Shown: positions 1 through 7,690, numbered from the stretch's first letter. The stretch is 13,785 nucleotides of DNA from Nostoc sp. DedSLP01 (GCA_034530875.2 JAVRCJ020000036.1:1-13785), one strand, 5' to 3'. A program made the numbers and translations. Notes: generated by a model from the sequence alone, not told the origin.

Positions 1-144
1 CTCTATTTCTTGCTGTAGTTCTAATATTGTTCTCTGTAACTCACGTATTATCTTGCTCTGCTCAATGATGATATCCACCAGTTCTTCTTTGGATAACTGG
101 TTCAAACTTTCTTGATCTAAGTCTTGAGGCAGGCTTTGGTTCAT
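1..144 (-). CDS. IS66-family transposase, N-terminal 48 aa (partial; not in the ORF track)
   Basis: ATG at 144 opens MNQSLPQDLDQESLNQLSKEELVDIIIEQSKIIRELQRTILELQQEIE with no stop before the window edge. This is the leucine-zipper-like N-terminus I recognise from cyanobacterial IS66 transposases. Confidence 0.75.
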   Translation of the reverse strand, partial: MNQSLPQDLDQESLNQLSKEELVDIIIEQSKIIRELQRTILELQQEIE

Positions 145-204
145 ATTTGTGATACTCACCCTCAAGTGTTCCTTTTGTCAATACTCTGTTACCTGAATCC
201 TTAC
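1..204 (-). mobile_element. Left end of an IS66-family (single-ORF, ISBst12-like) insertion sequence, running off the window
   Basis: The minus strand from 204 reads GTAAGGATTCAGG, a GTAA-type IS66 terminal repeat, and a transposase-like ORF starts 60 nt later. The right end is outside the window. Confidence 0.75.
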
Positions 205-224
205 ACAAAATGTACATTATATAT

Positions 225-389
225 GTTTTCTTTTTTACTTGCTTTTGATACCAATCATCTACGATGACAAAGATGGTCGTTAATAGCGTTCCAAAGTCTA
301 TGCTAGTCATGGGGGAAGTCTGAATTGAAAAGCTGGTAACTTTCATCTTCTTACTTCTCCCGCCTTTTTTTCTAATTCACATTAGGGGT
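225..389 (-). pseudogene. Truncated IS982-family element: left end plus about 28 codons of transposase
   Basis: The minus strand from 389 reads ACCCCTAATGTGAATTAG (ACCC-type end). ATG at 310 gives MTSIDFGTLLTTIFVIVDDWYQKQVKKK, the IFVxVDD N-terminal motif of IS982 transposases. Similarity is lost at about position 225. Confidence 0.7.
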
Positions 390-484
390 GAGTTATAAAA
401 AATTATGTATGGGGAACAAGCTCTAATGCTGAAAATGGCAGTAATATAGCAACTGATGTAGGGCAAAGTAAAAGGTAGTAAACC

Positions 485-2257
485 ATGCATCCCAATCAGT
501 TCTGGCGAATGTTTGAAAATGAGTGGTTTACCCCCAAGTACCGCCTGAAAAAGCTCTTAGGTGCGGGAGCATTTGGGGCAGTATTCTTAGTAGATGAAAT
601 CATAGCCGATCGCGTCATTCGGGAAGTTGCCATTAAAGTATTCTCTAATGAGGGTGAAATGCAAGAGCGGCAAATCACCGAGTTACAGACCGCTATTTCC
701 CTTAAACATTACGCACTTTTGGAGGGGTTCAGCCCCGAACAAGGATGGCTCAAAGGAATTGAATGTCTTGGTTTAGTGATGGAACTAGCCCAAGATTCGT
801 TAAAAAAACGGTTACAACAAGGCAGTTTACCGATCGCAGAAGTTAAAGCAATAGTTAAAAACTTGGCGAGTGCGTTGCAATATCTCCATGACAAAGGCAT
901 TGTGCATCGAGACGTAAAACCTGCCAACATCATGCAAGTCAACGGGCAATGGAAGTTAACAGACTTCGGTATTTCCCGGCTTTTAGAAAGCTGCAATGGT
1001 ATTTATACCTCTTTTACTAATCAGGTGGGCACGATCGCTTATGCACCTCCAGAATCTTACAAAGGTAAAATTTCCCTAGCATGGGACTTGTGGTCGCTAG
1101 GTGTAGTAATTGCTGAAATGCTTACAGGGATACATCCTTTTGCAGGCAAAACTTCCCAAGAGTTGATGCAGCAAGTCACGCAGGAAGTGCTAGAATTGCC
1201 AGAATTATCCACTCCCTTTGCGACAATTGTTCAGGGTTGTTTGGTCAAAGATTATACGCAACGTTGGACAGCAATCCAAGTACTGGCAGCTCTTGACCCG
1301 ATTGCAGATTTAGGCAGAGTCACAGTTTTATTACCTTTGTCTCCTAGCTTTCGTAAAGTTATTCATACAGAAGCAGGAGCTACTGGATGCGCTACGATTC
1401 CGGTGGCAAATATTCAAATGCAAGCAAAAGAACCTTCTCAGCAGTTGATTCCACAAGCTAAAGAGCAAAAAAAAGCTATTATCCAACCTAACCAACGCTC
1501 CAACTATCAAGAGCATCTTCCTGGTGGCTCTATGCTGGATATGATTGCGATTCCTACTGGCAGTTTTTTAATGGGAACTGCAACCGAAGACATCGAGCAG
1601 GTTTTAAAACTAGAAACTTGGTTTAAACGCTCAGAAGTTATCAAGTGGTTACGAAAAGAAATGCCCCAGCATCGCGTCAGTATACCTGCTTTGTATATGA
1701 GCAGAACTCCAATAACCCAGGAGCAATGGCAGGTAGTAATGCAGACCAACCCTTCTCATTTCAGTAGTCTGATGCGTCCAGTGGAAAGCATATCTTGGTG
1801 GCAGGCACAGGAATTTTGCGATCGCCTCTCCCAACTTACAGGCAAATCTTATCGTCTACCAAGCGAAGCAGAATGGGAATATGCCTGTCATGCTGGCACA
1901 CAAGCACTTTACAGTTTTGGAAACAGCAAACAACCTTTGCGAGATTACGCATGGTATACATGGAATTCCCGACAGCAAACCCAACAAGTAGGGCAGAAAA
2001 AACCCAATGCTTGGGGTTTACAAGACATGCACGGGTTAGTCTGGGAGTGGTGCGAAGATAACTGGCATGAGAACTATAATAGCGCTCCTAGCGATCGTAA
2101 TGCTTGGATCGAAGATGGACACCCAACTAAACGTGTAGTGCGGGGTGGCTCTTGGTATAGCTTGGCAGATGATTGTCGCTGTGTTTATCGTTTTTGTTAT
2201 GATGCCAGTTTCCGCTATTCCAGTATTGGGTTCCGTGTGGTTGCATCTGGGGAATAG
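485..2257 (+). CDS. Hanks-type Ser/Thr protein kinase fused to a C-terminal FGE-sulfatase (SUMF1/EgtB/PvdO family) domain
   Basis: Kinase motifs: GAGAFGAV, VAIK, HRDVKPAN, DFG, GTIAYAPPE, DLWSLG. FGE-domain motifs: FLMG, RLPSEAEWEYAC, PNAWGLQDMHGLVWEWCED, RGGSW, GFRV. No obvious transmembrane helix. Confidence 0.95.
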   Translation: MHPNQFWRMFENEWFTPKYRLKKLLGAGAFGAVFLVDEIIADRVIREVAIKVFSNEGEMQERQITELQTAISLKHYALLEGFSPEQGWLKGIECLGLVMELAQDSLKKRLQQGSLPIAEVKAIVKNLASALQYLHDKGIVHRDVKPANIMQVNGQWKLTDFGISRLLESCNGIYTSFTNQVGTIAYAPPESYKGKISLAWDLWSLGVVIAEMLTGIHPFAGKTSQELMQQVTQEVLELPELSTPFATIVQGCLVKDYTQRWTAIQVLAALDPIADLGRVTVLLPLSPSFRKVIHTEAGATGCATIPVANIQMQAKEPSQQLIPQAKEQKKAIIQPNQRSNYQEHLPGGSMLDMIAIPTGSFLMGTATEDIEQVLKLETWFKRSEVIKWLRKEMPQHRVSIPALYMSRTPITQEQWQVVMQTNPSHFSSLMRPVESISWWQAQEFCDRLSQLTGKSYRLPSEAEWEYACHAGTQALYSFGNSKQPLRDYAWYTWNSRQQTQQVGQKKPNAWGLQDMHGLVWEWCEDNWHENYNSAPSDRNAWIEDGHPTKRVVRGGSWYSLADDCRCVYRFCYDASFRYSSIGFRVVASGE

Positions 2258-2282
2258 GGGATTAACAAAGAATTTTTTTGAA

Positions 2283-2304
2283 GAAGGCAGAAGGCAGGAG
2301 GCAG
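2283..2304 (+). repeat. Short heptamer tandem repeat (STRR-like)
   Basis: GAAGGCA GAAGGCA GGAGGCA G just downstream of the kinase stop codon. Confidence 0.6.
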
Positions 2305-2506
2305 CCCCAATGAAAAAATTTACCACCATGAATGAAAATGCGATGTGAGACTGGCCTATATAGATACTCATCGAAGGAGCATTTTCAACTCAGCTAGAAC
2401 CCAAATGTTACAGAAGGCTAAAATAATTTGTCTTCTGGTTAGTTCCAGAGTAACATCCAAACGTTGTAACATGCTTCCTGGCATTTTAGGTTAGGAAGTG
2501 TTTGCT

Positions 2507-4519
2507 ATGTTCTCAGTTTCTGCCCGTTGGATTCAAGATTTTGAAAAGCATTTGTATCGTCGTCAGCATCTTATTCTCTACAGCAACATTCACGATCAAT
2601 TCCTCTGGCAAGGTAACTATCAAAACATAGCAAGCTTCCTTGATAGCTACTTCCACAGCAAACTGGGATTTGACCTGATTGTTCGTTACGATCCAATAGA
2701 TGGTTTGACTTTTCCTCAGCCAGAGATGCGCCCTATATTTGAAGAGTTGGCGCGCCAACGATTGGCACAACAACAACTCGAACGCCTGGGACAGTCTTCT
2801 ACACTTAGTGCGATGGACAAAGCCGTGCCTGCGGCGATCGCAGATCCCATGCAAGCACCATCTCGCGCTAACCCTGGGACGGTGGTACAACGGTTCGCTA
2901 GCTCTTATCAATCGCCAGAGGTTGCTTTTAGTCAGTTGCGGGCAGTCGTGTCCCAACCAAAAACTTCAGTAGTGGCAATCGTCGATGTCGGAGATATGCT
3001 GACTGCCGATCCAGAACGCTACTCTGCCGATGAACGTCATCTTTTGATGTTGCTGAAAAAATCCACATTGGAAGCGTCTGTAATTGCTGAAGGTAATCTC
3101 ACAGGCTATCGCAACACTCTCATTCTCCTCGCCAGCGACCTGCAACGAGTGCCGCCTTGGTTTTATACCAGCAATCCTTTTCTAGCTTTAGTCCAAGTCA
3201 CCCGTCCTAATAAAGAAGAACGCCAGCAGTTTGTCCTCCGCTTTGGACAACAGGGATTTTATGGTGGACATCTATTAAGTGCCCAACGCCCCAGTCTCCA
3301 ACAATCTTCAGACCTAGAACTTGCCGCAGAAGAATTTGCCGCCTTAACCGAAGACTATCAGACGATGGATTTAGAAGCTATCCGTCACACATCCTGGCGA
3401 GAACGTATTCCCTTGAGTCCCAAAACCGTGTTACGCCTAGTAGACTTCTATAAATTTGGGCAACGAGATGAACCATTTGAGCAAATCAGCGCTGATAAAA
3501 TTGCCTACGCCAGAGAAGAACTGTGCAAATTTGTCATTGGTCAACCCCGTGCTGTAGAAGCTGTTACCAATCTCCTAACTAGCGCGAAAGTGGGCATCAG
3601 CTTGAATAATGTTAGCGGTCGTAATAGCAAGCCAAAAGGAATTTTCTTTTTTGTTGGCCCTACGGGTGTAGGTAAAACTGAGTTAGCCAAATCACTCACA
3701 CGGCTAATTTTTGGAGATGAGCAAGCATTTGCCCGCTTTGATATGAGCGAGTACAAAGAAGAACACGCAGCTGAAAAGTTAACAGGTGCGCCACCTGGTT
3801 TTATAGGTTATGAAGAGGGCGGACAACTAACAAACCGAATTCTAGAGCGTCCTTACAGCATTTTACTGTTTGATGAAATTGAAAAAGCTCATCCCAAAGT
3901 ATTAGATAAATTTCTCCAAATTTTAGAGGATGGTCGCCTTACAGATGGCAAAGGACAAACAGTTTATTTTAATCAAACGGTAATTATTTTTACTAGTAAT
4001 ATTGGTGCTTCCGATCTGGCAGATCAGCAAACTGGAGCGATTATTCGTAATGGCATTATGACGCAAGTACAACACCTTGGTATTAGTTCCTTCAATTACG
4101 CTCAAGTTGAAGCCCATTTTCGTGCCGAAGTTCATTGGCACTTTACTAGCCGCATTGGTCGGGCTGAACTGTTGAACCGTTTGGGTGATAGTATCGTCGT
4201 GTTTGATTTACTACGTCCTGATTTTGTTTGGCAAATTGGGCAGAAGTTTCTTCGACAATTGGCTGAATCTGCTTGGGATAAATATCAGTTGCAAGTGCTA
4301 TTTCAACCAGTAGTATTAGAAGTCATAAATGTATATATGCAGCAGGGTGATAATCTACTATTTGGTGGACGCCGAATTAAAACATTGCTGGAGACTCTGA
4401 TTGAGCGTCCGCTTAACCGTTGGATTTTTGAAAATTACTCCGATTTAAATACACTCACAGGTAAACGGTTAATCGTCAGTGTGGTACAAAATGATGTGCT
4501 GTCAATAACTGAGGCGTAG
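2507..4519 (+). CDS. ClpA/B-related AAA+ ATPase with a degenerate N-terminal domain and one intact C-terminal (D2-type) NBD
   Basis: VIGQPRAV, Walker A GPTGVGKT, RFDMSEY, pore loop GAPPGFIGYEEGG, Walker B ILLFDEIEKAH, DGRLTD, IFTSN and ELLNR are all present. The first ~330 aa contain no Walker A. ATG 2507 is preferred over GTG 2498 because AGGA lies at 2493-2496. Confidence 0.9.
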   Translation: MFSVSARWIQDFEKHLYRRQHLILYSNIHDQFLWQGNYQNIASFLDSYFHSKLGFDLIVRYDPIDGLTFPQPEMRPIFEELARQRLAQQQLERLGQSSTLSAMDKAVPAAIADPMQAPSRANPGTVVQRFASSYQSPEVAFSQLRAVVSQPKTSVVAIVDVGDMLTADPERYSADERHLLMLLKKSTLEASVIAEGNLTGYRNTLILLASDLQRVPPWFYTSNPFLALVQVTRPNKEERQQFVLRFGQQGFYGGHLLSAQRPSLQQSSDLELAAEEFAALTEDYQTMDLEAIRHTSWRERIPLSPKTVLRLVDFYKFGQRDEPFEQISADKIAYAREELCKFVIGQPRAVEAVTNLLTSAKVGISLNNVSGRNSKPKGIFFFVGPTGVGKTELAKSLTRLIFGDEQAFARFDMSEYKEEHAAEKLTGAPPGFIGYEEGGQLTNRILERPYSILLFDEIEKAHPKVLDKFLQILEDGRLTDGKGQTVYFNQTVIIFTSNIGASDLADQQTGAIIRNGIMTQVQHLGISSFNYAQVEAHFRAEVHWHFTSRIGRAELLNRLGDSIVVFDLLRPDFVWQIGQKFLRQLAESAWDKYQLQVLFQPVVLEVINVYMQQGDNLLFGGRRIKTLLETLIERPLNRWIFENYSDLNTLTGKRLIVSVVQNDVLSITEA

Positions 4520-4742
4520 TTGTAGCAAACTGCAAAAACTAATTTTTCAAGGGGCGACAATCAGTAAACCGAAAAGTTTGGCGATCGCTAAAAAATAGCG
4601 GACTGCGATCCCATTTTTGGAGAAAAATGCAAAAGCTAAGTCCCTGAGATAGGCTATTAAGTTTAGGGTTGTTTGAAAAGTTTTGAAGTGTCAAATTTTA
4701 TGCTAAGCGCCTTACCACGATCCGGTTCGTGGCAAGATAGAC

Positions 4743-4776
4743 AAAACCCGAATTTTTCACTTGTGAGAAATTCGGG
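4743..4776 (-). terminator. Hairpin with T-tract, likely terminator for the minus-strand gvp-side transcript (REP-like palindrome)
   Basis: The minus strand reads CCCGAATTTCTCAC-AA-GTGAAAAATTCGGG followed by TTTTG. It lies between convergent genes, about 65 nt after the stop at 4841. Confidence 0.55.
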
Positions 4777-4840
4777 ATAAGGGTTTCAGCTCGAAATTTG
4801 TGTAATTAATTTTGTCTATACTACTTATCTCCCTTCCTCT

Positions 4841-5113
4841 TTAATAACGCCGCATCTCGTTAAGATACTTGTTCTGATATTGCAAAAACTCTTGGCGTGA
4901 TTCCTGAGAACGATGTTTACGATCTGCGTGAATATCCTTACGCAAATTCTCAAGTTCTTTAATCCGATTTTGTTGGTCGTTAAGAAACTTGCGTTGATAT
5001 CTGAGGTACTCAGTGTGCCATTCTTGAAAGCGACGTTCGCCATCCCGCACCAACATCTGGCGGTAATGTTCGTGAGACAGTAAATGCGAAGGAACATTGG
5101 AAAGATCTGCCAT
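4841..5113 (-). CDS. Hypothetical 90-aa charged helical protein at the end of the gvp cluster
   Basis: ATG at 5113 has GAGG 9 nt upstream. The protein MADLSNVPSHLLSHEHYRQMLVRDGERRFQEWHTEYLRYQRKFLNDQ...QESRQEFLQYQNKYLNEMRRY has an internal repeat. The 145-aa track ORF extends upstream through low-complexity DNA. Confidence 0.7.
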   Translation of the reverse strand: MADLSNVPSHLLSHEHYRQMLVRDGERRFQEWHTEYLRYQRKFLNDQQNRIKELENLRKDIHADRKHRSQESRQEFLQYQNKYLNEMRRY

Positions 5114-5129
5114 AATTAGAAACCTCAAA

Positions 5130-5176
5130 GTAAAGGGAAAGGGGAAGGGGATAAGAAGAGGATGGGGGATAGGGAG
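5130..5176 (+). repeat. Purine-rich, STRR-like low-complexity intergenic tract
   Basis: AAAGGGAAAGGGGAAGGGGATAAGAAGAGGATGGGGGATAGGGAG between the 62-aa and 90-aa ORFs. Confidence 0.45.
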
Positions 5177-5247
5177 CAGAAAAGATCCGGGAAACAAGCT
5201 AAAACAAGCTAATTTAAATACAGCTTTTTTCTCTTTACCCCTTCCTT

Positions 5248-5436
5248 CTATAGCTGTTTCCATTGCTTGATTAACCATTGCCTACGGGCTTCACTAGCTA
5301 GTATTTTGGCTGTAGCACCAACAGCACGAGCGCGATCGCTACCAGATAAGTCCAAACCGCTTAAGGTTTGGCAAGCCCGAAAACTAGAAATCGTTGCACC
5401 TGTGCGAATTTGGCGCATGGTGCGAATCTGGATCAT
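5248..5436 (-). CDS. Small basic 62-aa protein translationally coupled to gvpN (putative gas vesicle accessory protein)
   Basis: Its start overlaps the gvpN stop as ATGA (5433-5436), with a strong Shine-Dalgarno AGGAGG 7 nt upstream. It has no GvpA/GvpJ motif. Confidence 0.7.
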   Translation of the reverse strand: MIQIRTMRQIRTGATISSFRACQTLSGLDLSGSDRARAVGATAKILASEARRQWLIKQWKQL

Positions 5437-6356
5437 CGCTTTACCTCCTGAGGTTTAGCAATCAGTTTGCCTGCTGTTGAGAGTTCTTGAAACAGTTCCT
5501 CTAAAATCAACTTTGACTCACTCAAAGACAGTTTAGAACGAGAAAGTAAGACATCCCTACAGATATCTTGAAAGTCGTCGCTATTGACATCGACAGGAAC
5601 GTTCTGGTTGTTACAGACTTTAGCGACAATTAAACAAGCCCGCAAACCGGAAGCTTTGTCATTTTTTGTCCGCTGTTGAAATTGCTTGACCAAATGGACA
5701 ACGGCTAGCGCATCCTTACGAGCTAACCCCGCTTTTTGGACAAGAATCTCCAGTTGGGTTGTTTCATCTGGTTCGGGAATATCTATTGTCACTAAACGAT
5801 CCATGAGTGCATCTTGGGTGGCGTGTACCCCGCAATACTCCTCTGGATTGGAGGTAAAGATTGCTCGAAACTCAGGATGAACGCGAATATATTCCTGGCG
5901 ATTAGCAGCCGCTGGCAATACTAACAGCTTTTCCTCCAAAGCGGAAAGCAAAACGTTATTTACCTCAGGACGAGAACGATTAAATTCATCGTAAATCAGG
6001 GTGAAACCTTGACGGCAAGCTGTAGTTACCCGTGAATCAACCCAGGATTCACGTAATTCATCCTCCATCTTGACGACGTTATGAATGTAGTTATCTACAA
6101 TCTTCTTACGGTTGTAACCCCGTTGATTGCCGATTAAATCGGAGGATTTATATTCATCGTCTCCAAACACTAGTAAAATAGGACGCTCTAGCATATTTGC
6201 TAGATGTACTGCTAATGTGGTTTTACCTGTACCGGCAGGGCCGCGCAGGTGAATTGAGAAGCCTGTTTGCAGATAACGTAAAGCACGCTTTGTCAGATTA
6301 TTGACTTTCGGCGTTTCGATGAAGTTTTGTGAGTTAACTTGGAGAACTGTAGCCAC
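5433..6356 (-). CDS. gvpN: Gas vesicle protein GvpN (MoxR-type AAA+ ATPase)
   Basis: [44 protein letters not shown] and [21 protein letters not shown] are present, and the gene follows gvpC. The start is revised to GTG 6356 (MATVLQ...), with GGAGA upstream, 2 nt after the gvpC stop. Confidence 0.96.
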   Translation of the reverse strand: MATVLQVNSQNFIETPKVNNLTKRALRYLQTGFSIHLRGPAGTGKTTLAVHLANMLERPILLVFGDDEYKSSDLIGNQRGYNRKKIVDNYIHNVVKMEDELRESWVDSRVTTACRQGFTLIYDEFNRSRPEVNNVLLSALEEKLLVLPAAANRQEYIRVHPEFRAIFTSNPEEYCGVHATQDALMDRLVTIDIPEPDETTQLEILVQKAGLARKDALAVVHLVKQFQQRTKNDKASGLRACLIVAKVCNNQNVPVDVNSDDFQDICRDVLLSRSKLSLSESKLILEELFQELSTAGKLIAKPQEVKR

Positions 6357-6358
6357 AA

Positions 6359-6814
6359 TTATCTCCAATCAAGATTGCTGGAGTTTACTCCCGGAGTTAG
6401 AGCGTTTGCTTGGAGATTGTCAGGTGAGGGTGCTGTTCCCCAAACGTAATCTTGCAAAGCAGCGATAAAAGCGGCTCGTTCTTGAGCTTGTTCTGTCCAA
6501 GTTTGCTGTTGCTGCGATCGCGTTTCTTCTAAAAAGGCAGCAACCTCGGCTTGCAAGGTGGTATGGAAGTTATTTAACGATTCGCGCATGATAGCAGACA
6601 TAACAGCGCGATCGGCAGTGGCATTATGCAAAAATTCTGCTGTTTCAGCTGCTAAGTTTTGGCAAAACTCTTCCAGCCAGGCTCGTTGATACTGATGCAA
6701 AGCTGCCATTTCTGCCTGAAATTGCTGGCGAGTTTCCAGCACATGTTGTTGACGTAAGCGAACTTCCTGTTCGCGTTGCTGCCGTGCAGCGTACCATTGT
6801 TCTCTAAGAGACAC
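6359..6814 (-). CDS. gvpC: Gas vesicle outer strengthening protein GvpC
   Basis: Lies between gvpA and gvpN, with a GTG start and AGGAG upstream. It is Q/A/E-rich and helical, with 33-aa periodicity: [16 protein letters not shown]..., [16 protein letters not shown]..., [14 protein letters not shown]. Confidence 0.85.
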   Translation of the reverse strand: MSLREQWYAARQQREQEVRLRQQHVLETRQQFQAEMAALHQYQRAWLEEFCQNLAAETAEFLHNATADRAVMSAIMRESLNNFHTTLQAEVAAFLEETRSQQQQTWTEQAQERAAFIAALQDYVWGTAPSPDNLQANALTPGVNSSNLDWR

Positions 6815-6896
6815 AACTTAAACTCCTTTTCCACTATATTGTATAAAAAATTACAAATTTGCTTTTTCTAACTATTACTTTTGAGCGGTATTTCTG

Positions 6897-6929
6897 AAAA
6901 TGCCTGCTACTGTGGTTTGGCAACAGGCA
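6897..6929 (-). terminator. Stem-loop downstream of gvpA (partial terminator or mRNA-stabilising hairpin)
   Basis: The minus strand reads TGCCTGTTGC-CAAACCACA-GTAGCAGGCA-TTTT. The 10-bp stem closes with G:U pairs only on this strand. Confidence 0.65.
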
Positions 6930-6939
6930 GACTAACTAA

Positions 6940-7113
6940 CCCTCTTATGTCACTTTAGTAGAAACCAATCGCTGTAAGCCTTCTGGAGCTTTAATTTCTG
7001 GGTTTTGGCTAGAAATTCTAGTTTCTGTTAGTAAATAAAGGCTCAAAGCTTGATTCAATCAAAGGTTTAGAATTTCGCTTCGATTATTGTTTTCCAAAAG
7101 TGACATAATAGGG
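6940..7113. mobile_element. 174-bp MITE, probably IS701-family derived
   Basis: Terminal inverted repeats CCCTCTTATGTCACTTT and AAAGTGACATAATAGGG match at 16/17 positions. A 4-bp direct repeat CTAA flanks the element (6936-6939, 7114-7117), fitting a YTAR target. There is no transposase ORF. Confidence 0.85.
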
Positions 7114-7145
7114 CTAAGGGTATATCGAAAGGGCGATAACCTGAT

Positions 7146-7364
7146 TTAAGCAGCTGGTACAGCAGCTTGAGCAGTCAAACCAACAGCTTCAGCATATTTT
7201 AAATATGTTTCTACTGATGCAATTACTATCCGTGCTTCTACTGCTAGTAATTCGATCCCAACTAAGGATACCCGTACCCATAAATCAATGACAACACCCT
7301 TATCAAGGATGCGATCGATTACCTCTGCTAAGCTCGAGGACGAGTTCACTTTTTCAACAGCCAT
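7146..7364 (-). CDS. gvpA: Major gas vesicle structural protein GvpA
   Basis: [64 protein letters not shown] is the canonical cyanobacterial GvpA sequence, with GGAG upstream. Confidence 0.99.
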   Translation of the reverse strand: MAVEKVNSSSSLAEVIDRILDKGVVIDLWVRVSLVGIELLAVEARIVIASVETYLKYAEAVGLTAQAAVPAA

Positions 7365-7690
7365 GATAGATTACTCCATAATTTCGATAAATCCTTCAAA
7401 AACCTGTTACTGAGGTAGTCTACAAAACGTATCTCAGTTTTATTTTGCAAGAATCTTTACCAGGTTCAATGGCAGGTTTTTCTTCAGATATTTACAAATT
7501 GAGTACTGTTTATTACTCGTAGTTATTATTGCGTAAATAATTAAAAATTACAATATTATTTTTTTACTTAAACCTCATCTATCTTTAGAACTACATACTC
7601 ATAACGCCTGAAGATTATACATCCTTAAACTTTATTTGGCTTCTTTAATTGTTCTCCAAAGTTAAGCCATTGCATAAATACTAAAGATCC

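Noticed and set aside
62..346. 94-aa minus-strand ORF as a real gene
   Set aside because: It is a chimera of an IS982-like N-terminus reading through the IS66 terminal repeat, out of frame with the IS66 transposase.
485..2257. Diversity-generating retroelement target (FGE/CLec-type C-terminus)
   Set aside because: The domain type is compatible, but no reverse transcriptase and no template-repeat copy of the 3' end (~2140-2250) is visible in this window. A remote DGR cannot be excluded.
2036..2371. ORFs 2036-2371 (-) and 2145-2348 (+)
   Set aside because: They overlap the well-supported kinase C-terminus and run through a heptamer repeat, with no recognisable motifs.
2498..4519. Calling the ATPase clpB, clpC or clpV
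   Set aside because: It lacks the Clp N-domain, the first Walker A and the middle domain, and no T6SS genes are in the window.
5114..5278. N-terminal extension of the 145-aa track ORF
   Set aside because: It translates a low-complexity tract (PIPHPLLIPFPFPF) and overlaps the 62-aa ORF. ATG 5113 has a better SD.
5248..5436. gvpJ
   Set aside because: There is no GvpA-like L.RVLDKG.VI.GD motif in this ORF or in the other track ORFs downstream of gvpN.
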